Shown here: in pieces, positions 1 to 12,684 of the stretch
Numbering within the stretch: the stretch's first letter is position 1
Layout of the letters: each line of letters begins with the position of its first letter
Source of the DNA: Podarcis filfolensis
Lineage: Eukaryota
Assembly: GCA_964270895.1 (NCBI GenBank)
Contig: OZ185436.1
Direction: 5' to 3' (one strand)
DNA: 64,000 nucleotides
Notes under the pieces: generated by a model
What the model was told of the DNA's origin: nothing
Seen by the model: the letters and a program-made list of their open reading frames with translations, nothing else
Database searches by the model: none
Position numbers and translations under genes: made by a program

Positions 1-699
1 GCCTGAGTTGATGTTTGGCCATTCACAGCAGCCACCCACCATCTGAGATTGCCCAAAATTCAATGCAGATTAGAGATGGGGAGTGCTGAACCCTCTCTGC
101 ATCCACCATTTGCAGGGAAGCACACTACAAGCGGAGGAAGCTTTTGCTTTTCAAAACCAGACCCTGACCCCCCCAACCTTCCGATGTGATTTACCGTATG
201 TGACTTTTATATCTAGTTTGGTCCCCAGAAACAAGGGACGTGGCAACCCCTTTGTTTGCAGACTGAAACAGAGACTTTGGACAAAAGATCCCAGGGAGAA
301 TATTCTCCCTCTTCCATATGGCCACATCACATGAACAGGACTGTGCGCACATTGTCTGGGAGGGGGGCGGTGGACAGAAAAAAAGCTTCAAACTGAGACA
401 AAAGCAAAAGGATACACTCACACAAATATTTACAATTAGCATCAAACTAACAGTATACCTAAAAATACAATGTGTGAATGAGACAAAGACACATCTGTGT
501 TGTAGGCAAGCTGTCAAAGTGGATTAGTATTGCTGGGTGGTTTCCACAGAACCTCACTTCAGTGGTCTAAATTTTGCTTGGGAAGGTGAGCTAGGACAGA
601 ACTGGTCACAAACAGCCAAAAAAAGCTGCAAGCAAACTGATAGCTTTCCTTCATCGAGATGGAAGAGAGAGTGGTTCCCACAAGCAAGGAAGCATGGAT

Positions 700-1000
700 C
701 ATCTGGAATGTGCACATGCCTTATGCTCCGCCATAGGCTAAGGAGAAAACCCTACACAAATCTGGAGTGGCATCCAGACACCTCCTTCCAGCAACTCCTA
801 CAGCCAAGCTGGTGTCAAATGTATTGCTCTGCTTTCCTTTGGACCACATCAGCAAGGCTGGGGGGGGGGGTCATCTGGGCAGCCTAGGACCTCTACATAC
901 GCTGCCCAGGCTTGTGCCCTGAAGAGGTCACTCCGGTGTTGCTAGCGCAGCAGTTTGACTTCACCTTCAGAAGCACACTCCATTGTCTCTCGAGGCAGAC
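700..1000 (+). mobile_element. Unclassified non-LTR retroposon fragment (same family as 38124..38510)
   Basis: It shares ordered blocks with the reverse complement of 38124..38510: ggag(a/t)aaaccctaca, cagccaag(c/t)tggtg(t/c)caaa, tcagcaaggctggg, cccaggcttg, ttgacttcacc, tctcgag(g/a)cagac. Ends are approximate. Confidence 0.6.
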
Positions 1001-1655
1001 ATTTGCTAGGAAGCCCTGTAACACCACTGGTAGAACCCAATGAAGGAATTAGCATTACCCCATTAAGGATAGGGCCCCACACACAGTGTGTGCCACCTGT
1101 GGCAAGCCCAGGTTTGCTGCCATCTAACATGTGGCATAAACTGAGGAGAGGAAAGTGTCTTCCTGGGCTTACAATGTTTCAACCTTCTCAAATATATGAG
1201 AATTTTGAGGGGGTTTTTAAGAAATACACAAAGTTATTAAAAGTCTTGTGTCTGAAATGAAAACCAAGGGAAGCTGTCTCCCTTTGAAGTTAAACACTTA
1301 CAGCCTCCTCTTGTGTCCCAGTAAACTATTAACAAGCTGCTGATGAGGTCAGAGGAAATTACCATGAGGCATGCCGGGGAAATACATATGCACAGACAGG
1401 AATGCAATGATACACGCTACAAAGCAAAGCCCAGCTGCAGCCAGGATGCTTCACGCTGCATATGTGGAGCTGTGCAACATTTACTACTCAGCCCCTCTGA
1501 GTTGTGATCTCACAGTCATTTTCTGACTCCCAAGGCAATGCTGAACCAGTAATAGCTGAGATATCCAGAACTGCAGCTACATCTGAGATGGGGTGTGTTC
1601 ACTTAATCGTCCACAATGTGGACTCCTCCAGCTCAAATATTCACTCAGCCATGGA

Positions 1656-2022
1656 CAGGGCCGTCTTAAGCTCCCTCTGGCAAATCCCCCCCCCCAATTT
1701 CCCAGAGTTTTTTAGGGAGGACAGTGCTGCCGGTGGGGCTAGAGGAGGGCAGCGGTTGGAGGGTGGCTCCTCCGGCAGGGAGGAGGCGGAGGCTGGACGT
1801 GGCGCCTCCCGGCTCAGCTGGCCGCTTCGTGCTGTGGTGGCCACTGCAGATGGAGGCTCCGGGCGAGGCGCTGCTTCGGCGCAGCATGTCGGAGGCGGGT
1901 GAGGGCAGCAAACTGATGCCGGGAGGCGCCGTGTCCCAGCCTCCGCCTCTTCCCTGGTGCCCTCCAGAACTTTTGCACCCTGGCACCCTGCACCACTAGC
2001 CTCTATGGGTAAGACACCCCTG
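1656..2022. mobile_element. hAT-type MITE with GC-rich interior
   Basis: TIRs CAGGGCCGTCTTA / TAAGACACCCCTG (11/13). 8-bp TSD gccatgga (1648-1655) / gccatgaa (2023-2030). Confidence 0.85.
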
Positions 2023-2169
2023 GCCATGAAGCCCACTTGGTCCATTGCTCAGAGTCACTGTCTCTCAGCATAAATGTCCTCACAGGGGTGTTTGTTTCTA
2101 TGATGGTAAATGAAATAATGCCAGTACATCAGCCATGGAGTAAGGTGTGGTTTTAAAAATGTGTGAGAA

Positions 2170-2246
2170 AGATAGATGATTGATAGATAGATAGATGATA
2201 GATAGATAGATAGATAGATGATAGATAGATATAGATAGATAGATAG
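2170..2246 (+). repeat. (GATA)n microsatellite, imperfect
   Basis: Direct reading: gatagatgattgatagatagatag... Confidence 0.95.
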
Positions 2247-3724
2247 CTATACATGATAGATGCATGAAACATAAAGCAAAATCCCATGCTTAATTCAAAT
2301 TACACAGGGGCAATGGTGGAATGTATTAAGTGACGACTATCATCACACAACTTCCACAGTAAGCCCAACATCCCTGCACATGGGAAAGACAGCTTTCAAA
2401 CTACAATAAGCATTTTGGGCAGGTATCTTTTTAAATGCCACATATTTTCAATTGAAATTTGAAATACAGCTTCCCGATGGAAAAAAAAAACACTGGAAAT
2501 TAAGAGCATAATTTTAATAATGTCTACTGAGAAATCCCAACAAGAATTCTTAGGGACATACTCCCTCGTAAGTCATTTTTACAGTTGACTGGACTGTGCC
2601 CAAAGGGAGCTGGAAGTTGGACTGTGCCCAACTGTTGCACTGAGGAGGTGGGAGCAGAAAGAGAGAACAGAGCAATGTCATGTTCACAGTGAAGATGTTG
2701 GAAGTTTTTTCTGATGTGTAGAATGAAAACTTTTATTACAAATGTTGTGAGAGAGACAATAGCAGGGATGGACAAGGTAAGAGGACAACTACTGGCACAT
2801 TTACAGCCTAAAATCATGTTTATTTGGAAGAAGTCCCACTCATTTCAGTTCAAATTACTTCCAACTAAGTGTGGTTTGGACTGCAGTTTTAGTCCCAAGT
2901 CTTTTCAGAGTTGGGGAAAAAAGAAAACAAAAGATTAAAAAGTGTAAGAGAGTGTAAAGCCAATGGAAAGAGAAAAAACGCAGGCCTTGGGCAGATGTCG
3001 AACAAGCTGCCTTTCTTTTTGTAATATTTAGAACTTATTCTTACAAAGTTGGCTAAGAACTGCCCATGGGACGCTCTCAAACAGAGCTTTCTGTGCAAGT
3101 TTTGTGACTGTTAAGAACTTTATGAGTTTCATTAAATTGTAAAAAGTAAAACAAACCCCAAATCTCCAACAAACATATTACAAAAACAGTGACAGTTTCT
3201 GCCAAGTAGAAGGCGGGAACTCTGCAGAGCCCTGGAATATTATTCTGACATCCCCTTTTCCTTCACCCACAGGGAAATTAAGGATCAGAACATGATGCAG
3301 GAGCTGGGGACAAACAGGATGAATCTCAGCTGAGGGACAGCCCAAACCAGGACTGAACTGTGCTAAATGACATATGAAAAAAGATTCAGGAGCAGGCACA
3401 CAACTGTTATACAATTCCAGAAGGAAGAGCAGCAAAAGAGGCTTGAGCCCAGGAGTCAGCCTCTTTTCTTTTGGCCTTAGGCCCACCCCCGGCCGACCGT
3501 CCATTGTCCTCCCTGCCCGAGGGCGGGTCAAAGGCCAGCTCAGGCAGGTGGGTGGCACCCACCCAGGTGAGCCTCGCTTGGTGCCGCAAACCCCGCCCAC
3601 CTGTGGGGAAGGGAGGGCGGATATTTTTGATAGGACTAGAGAAGGTGCTATCAAAACCACAGGGTGTTTTCATGGTCCTTTGCACCTCGCTTCCCACTGC
3701 CTAGCTTTTCTAGTCTTGTCTTGT

Positions 3725-3829
3725 ATTAGAAGACATCTGAAGGCAGCTCTGATTAGGGAAGTTTTTAATGACTGATGTTTTAGTGTATTTTTAATCTTTG
3801 CTGGAAGCCGCTCAGAATTAATAATAATT
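3725..3829 (+). mobile_element. L2-like LINE 3' end fragment
   Basis: agaagacatctgaaggcagctctgattagggaagttttt...ggaagccgc...(aat)n. Similar to the copies at 62185 and 52452. Confidence 0.7.
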
Positions 3830-6800
3830 TCCCTATACGTCTCAAACACTGAACACAGCACACTACCGATCTAACAAACAGCTACACTAGTGTTCTGTAC
3901 TGCAAACATAAAATGTATTACACAAAAGCAAAATGGTGGGAACCAATTTGATAGGAAAACAGTAAGTTCACTGCATGAGGTGCTCAACGTTGCCGAAGCA
4001 AACATCCTCAAGTCAAGATGAATCTTTTCAATTTTCACCAAATCTAGCCAACGTAGATGGCTGAGCTGCAGCAGTAAGGCACAACTTTATGGGGGACTGC
4101 AGTAACCTAAGGAAGAAAACCCCCAGAAACATAGGTTGCATCCCCACTGAACCAAGCATGAGCAATCACAACTGACCAGTGGCCATGATATACTAGGCAG
4201 CTTAGAACATTGCCTCTTGAACTGGGGCACAAAGTGGTCAAAAGTGACTTTGCACTACAGTACAAATGTTCACACCTTTATTGATATGCCTACTCTCCTG
4301 CTAAGAACTCCTGGTCTGTGGAGCCACAGACTTGAGGCTACACAATGGGAGGAGGCTGTGTGTCTCCTTCACTGTAGTCCAGAAAACAGCAGTTGGGACA
4401 TTCTCTAATGGCTAGTAAAAGATTGGGTAATGGAAACTCACAACTCCTCTAACAGGAATAATTTCAAATAATGAAATTAAGAAACAGAGCCTTTCTCAGG
4501 GTTCCTGGGCTCTTTCTAGATCCACCGCAACTGTGTCATTATTTAACAATCTGATGCAATGGTCTACACCCACTAATTTCTATGAACCATTCACTGGTAC
4601 ACATTCAATCTTCAGCACATTTACTTGAAAGAAAGTGCAATTGAGCTCAGTGGGACTTGCTTATGAGTAACATGCACAGGACCACACTATACCTCCTGAA
4701 CTTCCCAGGTGACCGCTCCTCCTAGTTCCCATGGTAACCAGAACCAGCCTGGTTTTCAGCTTATAGCTGACCTCGCACAAGGCTCTCTACAACTTAAAAG
4801 TTGGTTTTTGCATTTCCCGTGGCTATAATTCAAGCGTAAATTCTATATGGACTAGAATGTACACATGATTTAAAATGGGCTCTCTTCTGCTTTCTATGCT
4901 TGCTTAACAACATTCACAAATGACTTTCCAGCTGAAAAGGCATTATTTGCATCACTTGTAAAAATGCCCTGAGACACGTACACCCCAACCCCTACCCTTT
5001 CTCCCTCGCCTGCCCTCCTGCCCTATTACAATTAATGACTGAGCACCTATCTTCAGATAAAGGCAGGGACGGAGCTCAATGATTTTAATGAGAGTGAGTC
5101 CTCGCCTACTCTAATCACAACATGCTGCCAAACACATTTTTTGAATCACATTCTCTCTTACTCGCTCCCCTCTTCCCACTCCCCTCCTTTTACATCCTGG
5201 TGCGGATTTGACAGAACTTCGTAGCATTTTGCAGTTGTAATTGGCAGGTCTTAAATTAATTGACTACAATTTTACACAACAACATGTTTAGCCGAAAGTT
5301 GGCCCAGGGCCTGCTTGGCTTGCCACAGCTCCCCAGACACTTTTCACAAAACCTCAAAAAATTTCATAACAAATCTAGGAAAGAGGAACAGATTGCCAGT
5401 GTGACCCACTCCCTGCCAAAATCACTCCCCTCCCCTATTCCTTCCTCCTCAAACCTTTCCTAAACTCCTCCAGTGTTTTCCCAGCTCTCGTTAATGGCTT
5501 GTTAAATCGTTCTAATCCTCTCCATGGAGTTCACTCCTCCAAATTCCATGTAACACTGATGCAGGCTTCATTCTTCTTTGGTTATCAGACTTGTCGTTTC
5601 CCATGGTAACCAATGCAATGGTTTGGATATACACAAACTGGCCCAGGAGAACTTGGTTGTGACAGACCCATTTCCCTTGTTCCATTAAATGCTTTTTTTT
5701 TAAAAAAAAAGTCCAACAGAAAAACAATATAACACCATGATTTCATCAACTCTTGGAACACTTGGCGTTTCTAGTTTCCGATCTTGCAAATATCCATTTC
5801 CCAATGAATTTCTGTCTCAAACTCCTCTTGTTCTTTCGCTTGCCTAGCTTAGCACCAATTTGTGATTCATATCAGAAGGGAATCTGAGCCAGCAATTCAA
5901 ATGTAACAATTTGGATTACACTGCAGCAGGGTGGGTGGGAAAGTAATGTTAAGACTCCTTGTACAGTACAAGACATATAGATTTGAAGCCATGTTTTTGA
6001 CCACAGTAGTTCTTGCACACAAGCCATGCAAGCTGATAGTTGTGCTTTGTCAGAAGCCACTCAACCTGGGCTGAGTTCAACTCCACTTAGGAGAGGCTGG
6101 CCAGATCCAATGGACCAGCTAGCATCATCAGAGGCAAAGACGCTAGAAGCCAACTCAGGCTCCACCATCATGACCAGGCCTCACTCTTGAGTCAGGGACA
6201 CCTGAATCAAGACCTCAGGAGTCTGCACAAGGAGTTCCCACAAGCAGGACAGTAGGGCAATAACCCTCTTCCGTGGTCAATCCTCAGCAACTGCTTTTCA
6301 GGGGCCTACTTGCCTCTGATTCTGGAGCTTGTATATAAACTTTGTGGCTGGTATCCATTGATAGCCTTGTCCTCCATGAATTTGTCTTATTCCCTACGCT
6401 GATGTCCATGTCCACATCTCGTGGTGGCGAGTTCCATAATTTAACAATGTGCAAAGTACTCCCTTTTAGTCTGTCCTGAGTCTCCCATTCTTCAGCTTCA
6501 CAGGATGACCCAGGTTATAGTATTTTGAGAAAGGGGAAAAGCTTCTCTCTAACCACAGCCTCCCCACAATGTATAATTTTATATGTCTTGATCATTCCTG
6601 CCTTACTGACCTTTTTTTCTAAACTAAAAAGCCCCAAATGCTGCAATATTTTGATGTAGGGCAGTTACTCCAGGCCCTTGATAATTTTGGTCGCATTTTT
6701 CTGAACCTTTCCCCTCAACTCTACAATATCTTTTGAGGCACGACAACCAGAGCCAGACACAATATTCCTCGGCTGGTCAGACCATAGATTGGCAAATTTC

Positions 6801-7272
6801 TTTCTCAATGATTTCTAAATTGGCACCTTTTTCACAGCAGCTGGACACTGAGAACATTTTCACTGAGTTATCCACAATGACCTCATGACGCCTTTCCTGG
6901 ACAGTCACTGTCAGCTCAGATTTTTGGCCACCCTGTGCATCACTTCACACTTACACAGAACTATTTTTGCCATGTGAGAAGCCATTTTGGAGCTCTTCAA
7001 GATCCCATTCTGTTCTTACCACCCTGAATAATTAGATATAAACTTGGGTACTTCATGGCTCTCCCCTAACTCCAGATCTTTTATGAACAATTGAAAAAGG
7101 TCAGATCCCAATACAGATCCTTGTGGAATGCCACTTCTTCAGTGTGAGAACTGTCAATTTATTCCTACTTTCTGCTTTAACCAGGTCCTGTACCTCTTAT
7201 CCCATGACTGATAATTTTGCTCAGGAGTCTTTTGTGAAGGAATTTGTCAAAAGCTTTTTAAAAGACTAAGTA

Positions 7273-7389
7273 AAAGGTAAAGGGACCCCTGACCATTAGG
7301 TCCAGTCGTGACTGACTCTAGGGTTGCGGCGCTCATCTCGCTTTATTGGCCGAGGGAGCCGGTGTTTGTCCGCAGACAGCTTCCGGGTC
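7273..7389 (-). mobile_element. Sauria SINE 3' fragment (lacertid type) inserted in the CR1
   Basis: aaaggtaaagggacccctgaccattaggtccagtcgtgactgactctagggttgcggcgctcatctcgc..., the reverse complement of the (ACCTTT)-ended Sauria SINE tail. The CR1 sequence resumes on both sides. Confidence 0.85.
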
Positions 7390-7469
7390 TACACAATGTC
7401 TATTGGAGAGACCCTTATCTCTATGCCCGCTGACACTCTCAAAGGCCTCTGAAATATTAGTGAGAAGAG

Positions 7470-7578
7470 CACATTTAAAATATATGACTTCCCCAGATTC
7501 CTGGGAACCGTAGTTTGTTAAAGGCACTAGAAATTGTAGCTCTGTGAGGGGGGTAAATTTATGATGTGGGTGTGATCT
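7470..7578. mobile_element. Squamate non-autonomous DNA-element fragment (ctacaattcccag family) inserted in the CR1
   Basis: ttccccagattcctgggaaccgtagtttgttaaagg...aattgtagctctgtgagggg. It splits the CR1 motif HGFC from LTN. Confidence 0.6.
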
Positions 7579-8054
7579 TATCGTCACAGAAGCCATGCTG
7601 ATTTTTCTTCAGCAAGTTTTGTTATTCTATATGCTTGGTAAATTTATTTTTATCCATGCTTTCCACCAGTTTTCCCAGAACAGATGTTACTGTAATCTCC
7701 TGCATTCTCTCTGGATCCAGAGGCTGGTTTGAAGAACATGTTGCACATTTTTGGTAGAAGTTCATCAATTTTACATTTGAGTTTTAAATAACTATTGGGT
7801 GGACCTGGTAATTTGCTCGTTTTTAAGCCCTAGAATATTATCTCTTGTAACCACAATTTCTTCAGACTCCTTCAAGAAGTCTGGAAATGTTGGTTCAGAC
7901 ACAAGTATCTACATATTCAGCAGTGAGGACAAGTACAAAAAATCCAGATTCCCAAAAATCTCCATTTCTTCCTTCAGCACACCTTTAAGTCCTTTGTCGT
8001 CCAACAGTCCAACCAATTTCCTAGCTGGGCTTTTTTGCTTCTGATGCTACATAT

Positions 8055-8398
8055 TTATTAATAATGGACATCTTAACACATCAAATTAGCACTCAGCAAG
8101 GGAGACAAAATCTAATTGTTTCATGGAAGACTGCTGGCCGATACTCGCATATTTAGAAACTGAACCTATGAACTAGGATAAGCCAAATAAATACAAAACT
8201 ATATGTTTGTACTAATTGCTTCGGAAGATATTGCTTTCTGTTTTTTATGCTAAGTGAACCAAAATAAAAGTGAGCAACTAGGGAAGGTAATTGTAATTAT
8301 AATTTTTTTTTCCAGTTGTGTGGAGGGAGGGAGGTTCTGTTTATTGCTTTCTGTATTACCTGTTATAAAAGCTTAATAAAACAATAAGTTACAAAAAA
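8055..8398 (+). mobile_element. Probable L1-clade LINE 3' end
   Basis: A frame reads ...SNCFMEDCWPILAYLETEPMN*, which resembles reptile L1 ORF2 C-termini. It is followed by an AT-rich 3' UTR, AATAAA and an A-rich tail. Confidence 0.45.
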
Positions 8399-10652
8399 AC
8401 CCCACAATCTGGCGTTTTGGCACTATATTCTTGCAGCCAACTGGGTTTTGCTGAAAGCAAGAACCCAAGCCACAATCTGGTCTCAATACATAATCTCACT
8501 CTAATCCAGATGTTAAAAAGCATCTCCCTTGCCTCCTCTCCTTTTTGTAGTCAATTCTAAAGCCTGCTCTTCCTGAACAAGCCCCAGTGGTAATAAGGAA
8601 TTAGGGAAAGGGGAGGGAAGTATTTCTCTGGCTCTGTGTGGATCCTGGGTCACACAGCTGAAGTTCAGTAAGAGCCAAATAGGGTGGGTTGTTTGTGAGA
8701 TTTCATTTCTTGGATAAACAGAAACATCCTGTGTGCAATTGAAAGCCCTTGGTTGTTTTTTTTAAAAAAACAAAACACACACACATACAAAAAGAACAGC
8801 AACAGCCTCAAACACTCCAGCCCACACTAGACTTTGGCATTTTTACAGCAGTATATGTGAAGCAAAAGAGGGCCCTTGAATCTCAGAAAGGAATGTAAAA
8901 ACTCCTGCAAAATGGCTGCTAGCCTAAGTTACACACTTCACCTGAACTTTTCTAGGTTTCAAGGGGGCCCTGGGTGCCAAAAACTGCTCCCCAGCATGTT
9001 CCTATTCTACCAGGCTAAGGATAAAGTTGTGCATTAAAATCCTAAATGTTTAATATCCCCTCTTTCCAACCCCCTTCAGTTCATATGAATAGTCCCTTCA
9101 TGTGAGTAGCATAATCTATGGGCTGGGAACTCCTCCGATCACAAAAACTACTACAACAGTTAATTCGTTGTTCATGCAGACTGTTTACATGAATAGAAAT
9201 AACATAACAACATAACATAACAACATAAACCAGCTGACTGAAGCATGTGAAGAAGCCTTTAGGAATGACCTCATATGAGAGGGCGAACCAATAAAAACGC
9301 CCCCTGCAGAGGGGCCCTTTATATCAATGGATAGCACAAGATTTAGGGTGGTGTGGGTGGCTCCCCAGTGCCAGGAGCCCAGTCGACGGGGCTCAAAACC
9401 ATGACACAGTGCGCTTGAGTGCCCAGCATAGTCTCACTCCAAGGAGGTTCACACACCCAGTTGCCCAGGACAGAGGACTGTGTAAATTGATGGTGGACCC
9501 TGCTGAGTTCATGGGGACTAGTCTGAGCCCTAACTCTTTATCTCATAAGTTCATTAGTTCTTTATTCTATTCTCCCTTTCCTGGCTCTAGTCTTTGTTGG
9601 TCAGAGAGAAATTAAATTAAATTCCAAGTCCTCTTAGTTAGTCAGTTCACTTCGCAGATAATAAAGGATGGGGAAGAGTCAGCTCTAAGTTTCCATCATG
9701 AACCTTTTGCAAAATAGAGCTCCTTTCCCCCCCCCTTTTTTTTACCCACAGAGTTCCATTTGATGTTTATAATCCAATTTATTCCATCCTCACTTGTACA
9801 AATATAATTTGAAGTAACATTCAGAGAAGGGTTGCCGAATCATGAATGTAGAGAAGAGGATTTTAAATAAAGAAACTGTAGGCTCCCCCCCCCTTCTTTT
9901 GCACCGAATGAAGTCTTATCTCAAATTCAAACCTTAAAGTCCTTGCAGTTGGTTTGTTCCACACACCTGTACTTTAGTCCAATTAAGCTCTAATTAACAG
10001 GAGAACCTCTGCTTCTTAATGGCGGTGTTGGAGGGGTTTTGCCAGGCAAAGTGCTTTTGCACTCAGCGCCTCCCTGCCCTCCACATTCCATGGAAACCAT
10101 TTTGAGAGCCTTTCCAAAATTCCCTGTAACTTAACAATTCTACTAGACCTCACTACAACACCTAAGTGATGAACATTACCTATAGCTACTGGTCCCTTCC
10201 CTTCTACCTCCCATATTTAATTTCTCTTTCCCTCCCTCAGGGTTAGAAGGCAAGACACTTTCTAGCAGCTTGGAAATCCCCCATTTCTCACTCCCAGATG
10301 CTTCTACTTTTTTATGCATTAAACTTGTAAGAAGAAGTAGGGAAATGTTTATCCGCACTTGCGAAAAAGAAACACGTTCTTAATTTTAAATGTCGAGGGT
10401 ACAAATGCACACTTGTCAGGAGACTCATAAACATAACAAGAGAAAGGAAGACACACAAGCAGAATGACCTTTGGGAAATAAACACAGAATTGAAGGTTGG
10501 ATGCTTCCATCCTCTGCGCTGCTTTGAAAATGCCTTGGAGGTATGATGCTTTCAGGAAGGGTAAATCAGCAAGTTTGGTGGCTCTTACCAGACATCTAAG
10601 GAGATGTATAAGAGCCACTATAGATAAATTATCTCAACATAAACTGTCTTAC

Positions 10653-10735
10653 TTATTATTTATTTATTTATTAGAAGCATTTTTATACTGCCCTACAATT
10701 ATACTCCCAGGGTGGTTTTAGGGCATTTTGTTAAA
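10653..10735 (-). mobile_element. L2/SINE 3' tail remnant
   Basis: (ttta)n followed by ttttatactgccc...cccagggtggtttta, the reverse complement of the typical tail motif. Confidence 0.45.
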
Positions 10736-11232
10736 TAAAAGAAACACAAAACTGATGTCCCTATTACAGCTTCCTTCGTTGAAATAAACCTAATACTCCT
10801 CTGCTAAAACTCACGTTTCTTCACCGAAATCACCCTTTTACTGTTTATGTCCAGGCAGAGAGAATAACTTGGCTGGAAGCCCTGTGAAATACAGCACTTA
10901 AAAAAAAAATCTGCCAGCAACCATTATCCCAGTACGCAGTTACATAGGGAAGCAGATAATAGCCACACGCTTGACCCAAGCTCACAGCAAAGCTGACTCT
11001 ATCGTCATTTTATGTCCCTGCAGAGCAGGAGGATGCCAGCCAGGTTTTTCTTTCAGACTGAAGCACAATATTATTTGCATGGCTATGATGCACCCCAGGG
11101 ACAGAGGTACAGGCTGGAATACAAAGGAGGGGCTCTGAATCAAGAAAAAAAAATTCCAAAACCAAGGCCTGTTGAGCATGAACTGAACCATATACTGAGC
11201 CAAGAGGAAGATTCTTTACTGGGGCTTTATAT

Positions 11233-11369
11233 CAGGCTTCCTCAACCTCGGCCCTCCAGATGTTTTTTGGCCTACAACTCCCATGATCCTTAGCTAGCAG
11301 GACCAGTGGTCAGGGATGTGGGAATTGTAGTCTCAAAAACATCTGGAGGGCCAAGGTTGAGGAAGCCTG
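11233..11369. mobile_element. 137-bp hAT (Buster/Charlie-like) MITE, near-palindromic
   Basis: Perfect 16-bp TIR CAGGCTTCCTCAACCT / AGGTTGAGGAAGCCTG, extending to about 34 bp with 1 mismatch. Perfect 8-bp TSD ctttatat (11225-11232 and 11370-11377). Confidence 0.93.
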
Positions 11370-11633
11370 CTTTATATGAAAAACTACCTTTGATCAACTC
11401 AGGAGTCTGGAGCACCTGTAAGAAGGGGAACGCCTGCCCTTTGTTTTTGAGGCTGCTCTTAATTCCACCAACATGTTCCGTTACTAAACTGAATGTAGAC
11501 ACGGCCAAGAAGTGCATCTGCAAGTGTCCACTGAACACACAATCATTTGGAGTGAAACATTCAGGAGAAGCTGAACTTAATACAGAATCCCAGTTAGAGG
11601 AGAACCACTTTACCCTGGCCATAACCACACTGA

Positions 11634-12040
11634 GGCCACATTCACAACATACATATAAAGCACTATGGTGCCACTTTAAGCAGTCATTGGTTCCCCAAAA
11701 GAATTCTGGGAATTGTAGTTTGTTACAGGTGCTGAGAGGTGTTTGGAAATTGCTATTCCCCACCCAGAGCTACAATTCCCAGAGTTCCCTGGGAAGAGGG
11801 ATCGATTGCTAAAGCACTCTGGGAACTGAAAATGTGTGAGGGAGCTAGGGTCTTTCCTCTGAAAAAATGTATTTTGTATAATAAGCATAGCTTTCTTTCT
11901 TTTTCCAAGTCCAGGGTCTCAGGCTACAATCAGACCATACATTCAAAGTACTATTATAACAGCCACAGCTTCCCCCAAGGAATCCTGGGAACTGTAGTTT
12001 GCTATGGGTGATGAGAGCTGTTAGGAGACTCCCGTTCTAC
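11634..12040. mobile_element. Two adjacent copies or fragments of a squamate non-autonomous DNA element (ctacaattcccag family)
   Basis: ggccacattcacaacatacatataaagcact...gaattctgggaattgtagtttg...gagctacaattcccagagttccctgggaagaggg, plus a second copy from about 11921 (aggctacaatcagaccatacattcaaag...atcctgggaactgtagtttg). Confidence 0.6.
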
Positions 12041-12152
12041 TTAACGAAGGTGGAATTGTCTTGAGCCATACTTGCTGTTGTAGGTCAGAAAGGGCAGTCT
12101 AGGACAGGTATCCTCAACTTTTACAGACCCACTTTTAACCCACACATGAATC

Positions 12153-12684
12153 TCGTACCTACGGGACCGCCTCTCCTGGTATGCCCCACGGTCCATAAAT
12201 AACACTTTGGAGGTCCCGAGCCTCAAGGAGGTTAGATTGGTCTCAACTAGGGCCAGGGCCTTTTCAGCACTGGCCCCGGTTTGGTGGAACACTCTGTCAC
12301 AAGAGACCAGGGCCCTGTGGGATTTGACATCTTTCCGCAGGACCTGCAAGATGGAGCTGTTCCACCTGACCTTCGGCTTAGACTCACTCTGACCCCTTAT
12401 ATGGGATTTGGCATATAAATTTTCCCTTGGCTTTTTGCTGGCTCATGTAGGACCAGCATGGATAGCTGGCTCAGGTGAATATCTGACGTTTCCTCCCTTT
12501 ATGGTCTTGATTTATGGGCTACTACTAAAATGAGGCTGCATTTTAAGCTGTATTTTAAGCCGTACTTTAATGAAGTGTTTTTGGGTTTTTTCTATTATGT
12601 TTTATTGTAATTTATATTTGGTGTTAGCCGCACTGAGGCTGGCCCTGGCTGGGGAATAAATAAAATATTGTTATTGTTATTGTT
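12153..12684 (+). mobile_element. L2-clade LINE 3' fragment (ORF2 C-terminus, 3' UTR and simple-repeat tail)
   Basis: YLRDRLSWYAP...LEVPSLKEVRLVSTRARAFSALAPVWWNTLSQETRALWDLTSFRRTCKMELFHLTFG has the L2 ORF2 end motif RAFS..AP..WN.LP. Tail aataaataaaatat(tgtta)n. Confidence 0.85.

Larger units (their letters stand above)
6230..8040 (-). mobile_element. CR1 LINE ORF2 (reverse transcriptase region to 3' UTR), decayed and interrupted by two insertions
   Basis: Minus-strand frames give PARKLVGLLDDKGLKGVLKE, TSVLGKLVES..KNKFTKHIE*QNLLKKNQHGFC, LTNISEAFESVSGHRDKG and *KAFDKFLHKRLLSKIISHGIRG. These are degenerate versions of CR1 RT motifs (NQHGF, KAFDKVPH..LLSKL..HGIRG), with stops and frameshifts. 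Confidence 0.85.

Noticed and set aside
1504-2045. Several overlapping ORFs of 60-134 aa
   Set aside because: They result from the stop-poor, GC-rich interior of a hAT MITE and show no recognisable domains.
7597-8400. An L1 with a 5' inversion (twin priming): a minus-strand ORF-like piece next to a plus-strand L1 tail
   Set aside because: Translating 7600-8040 gives CR1 RT motifs continuous with the CR1 at 6230-7470, so these are two unrelated elements.
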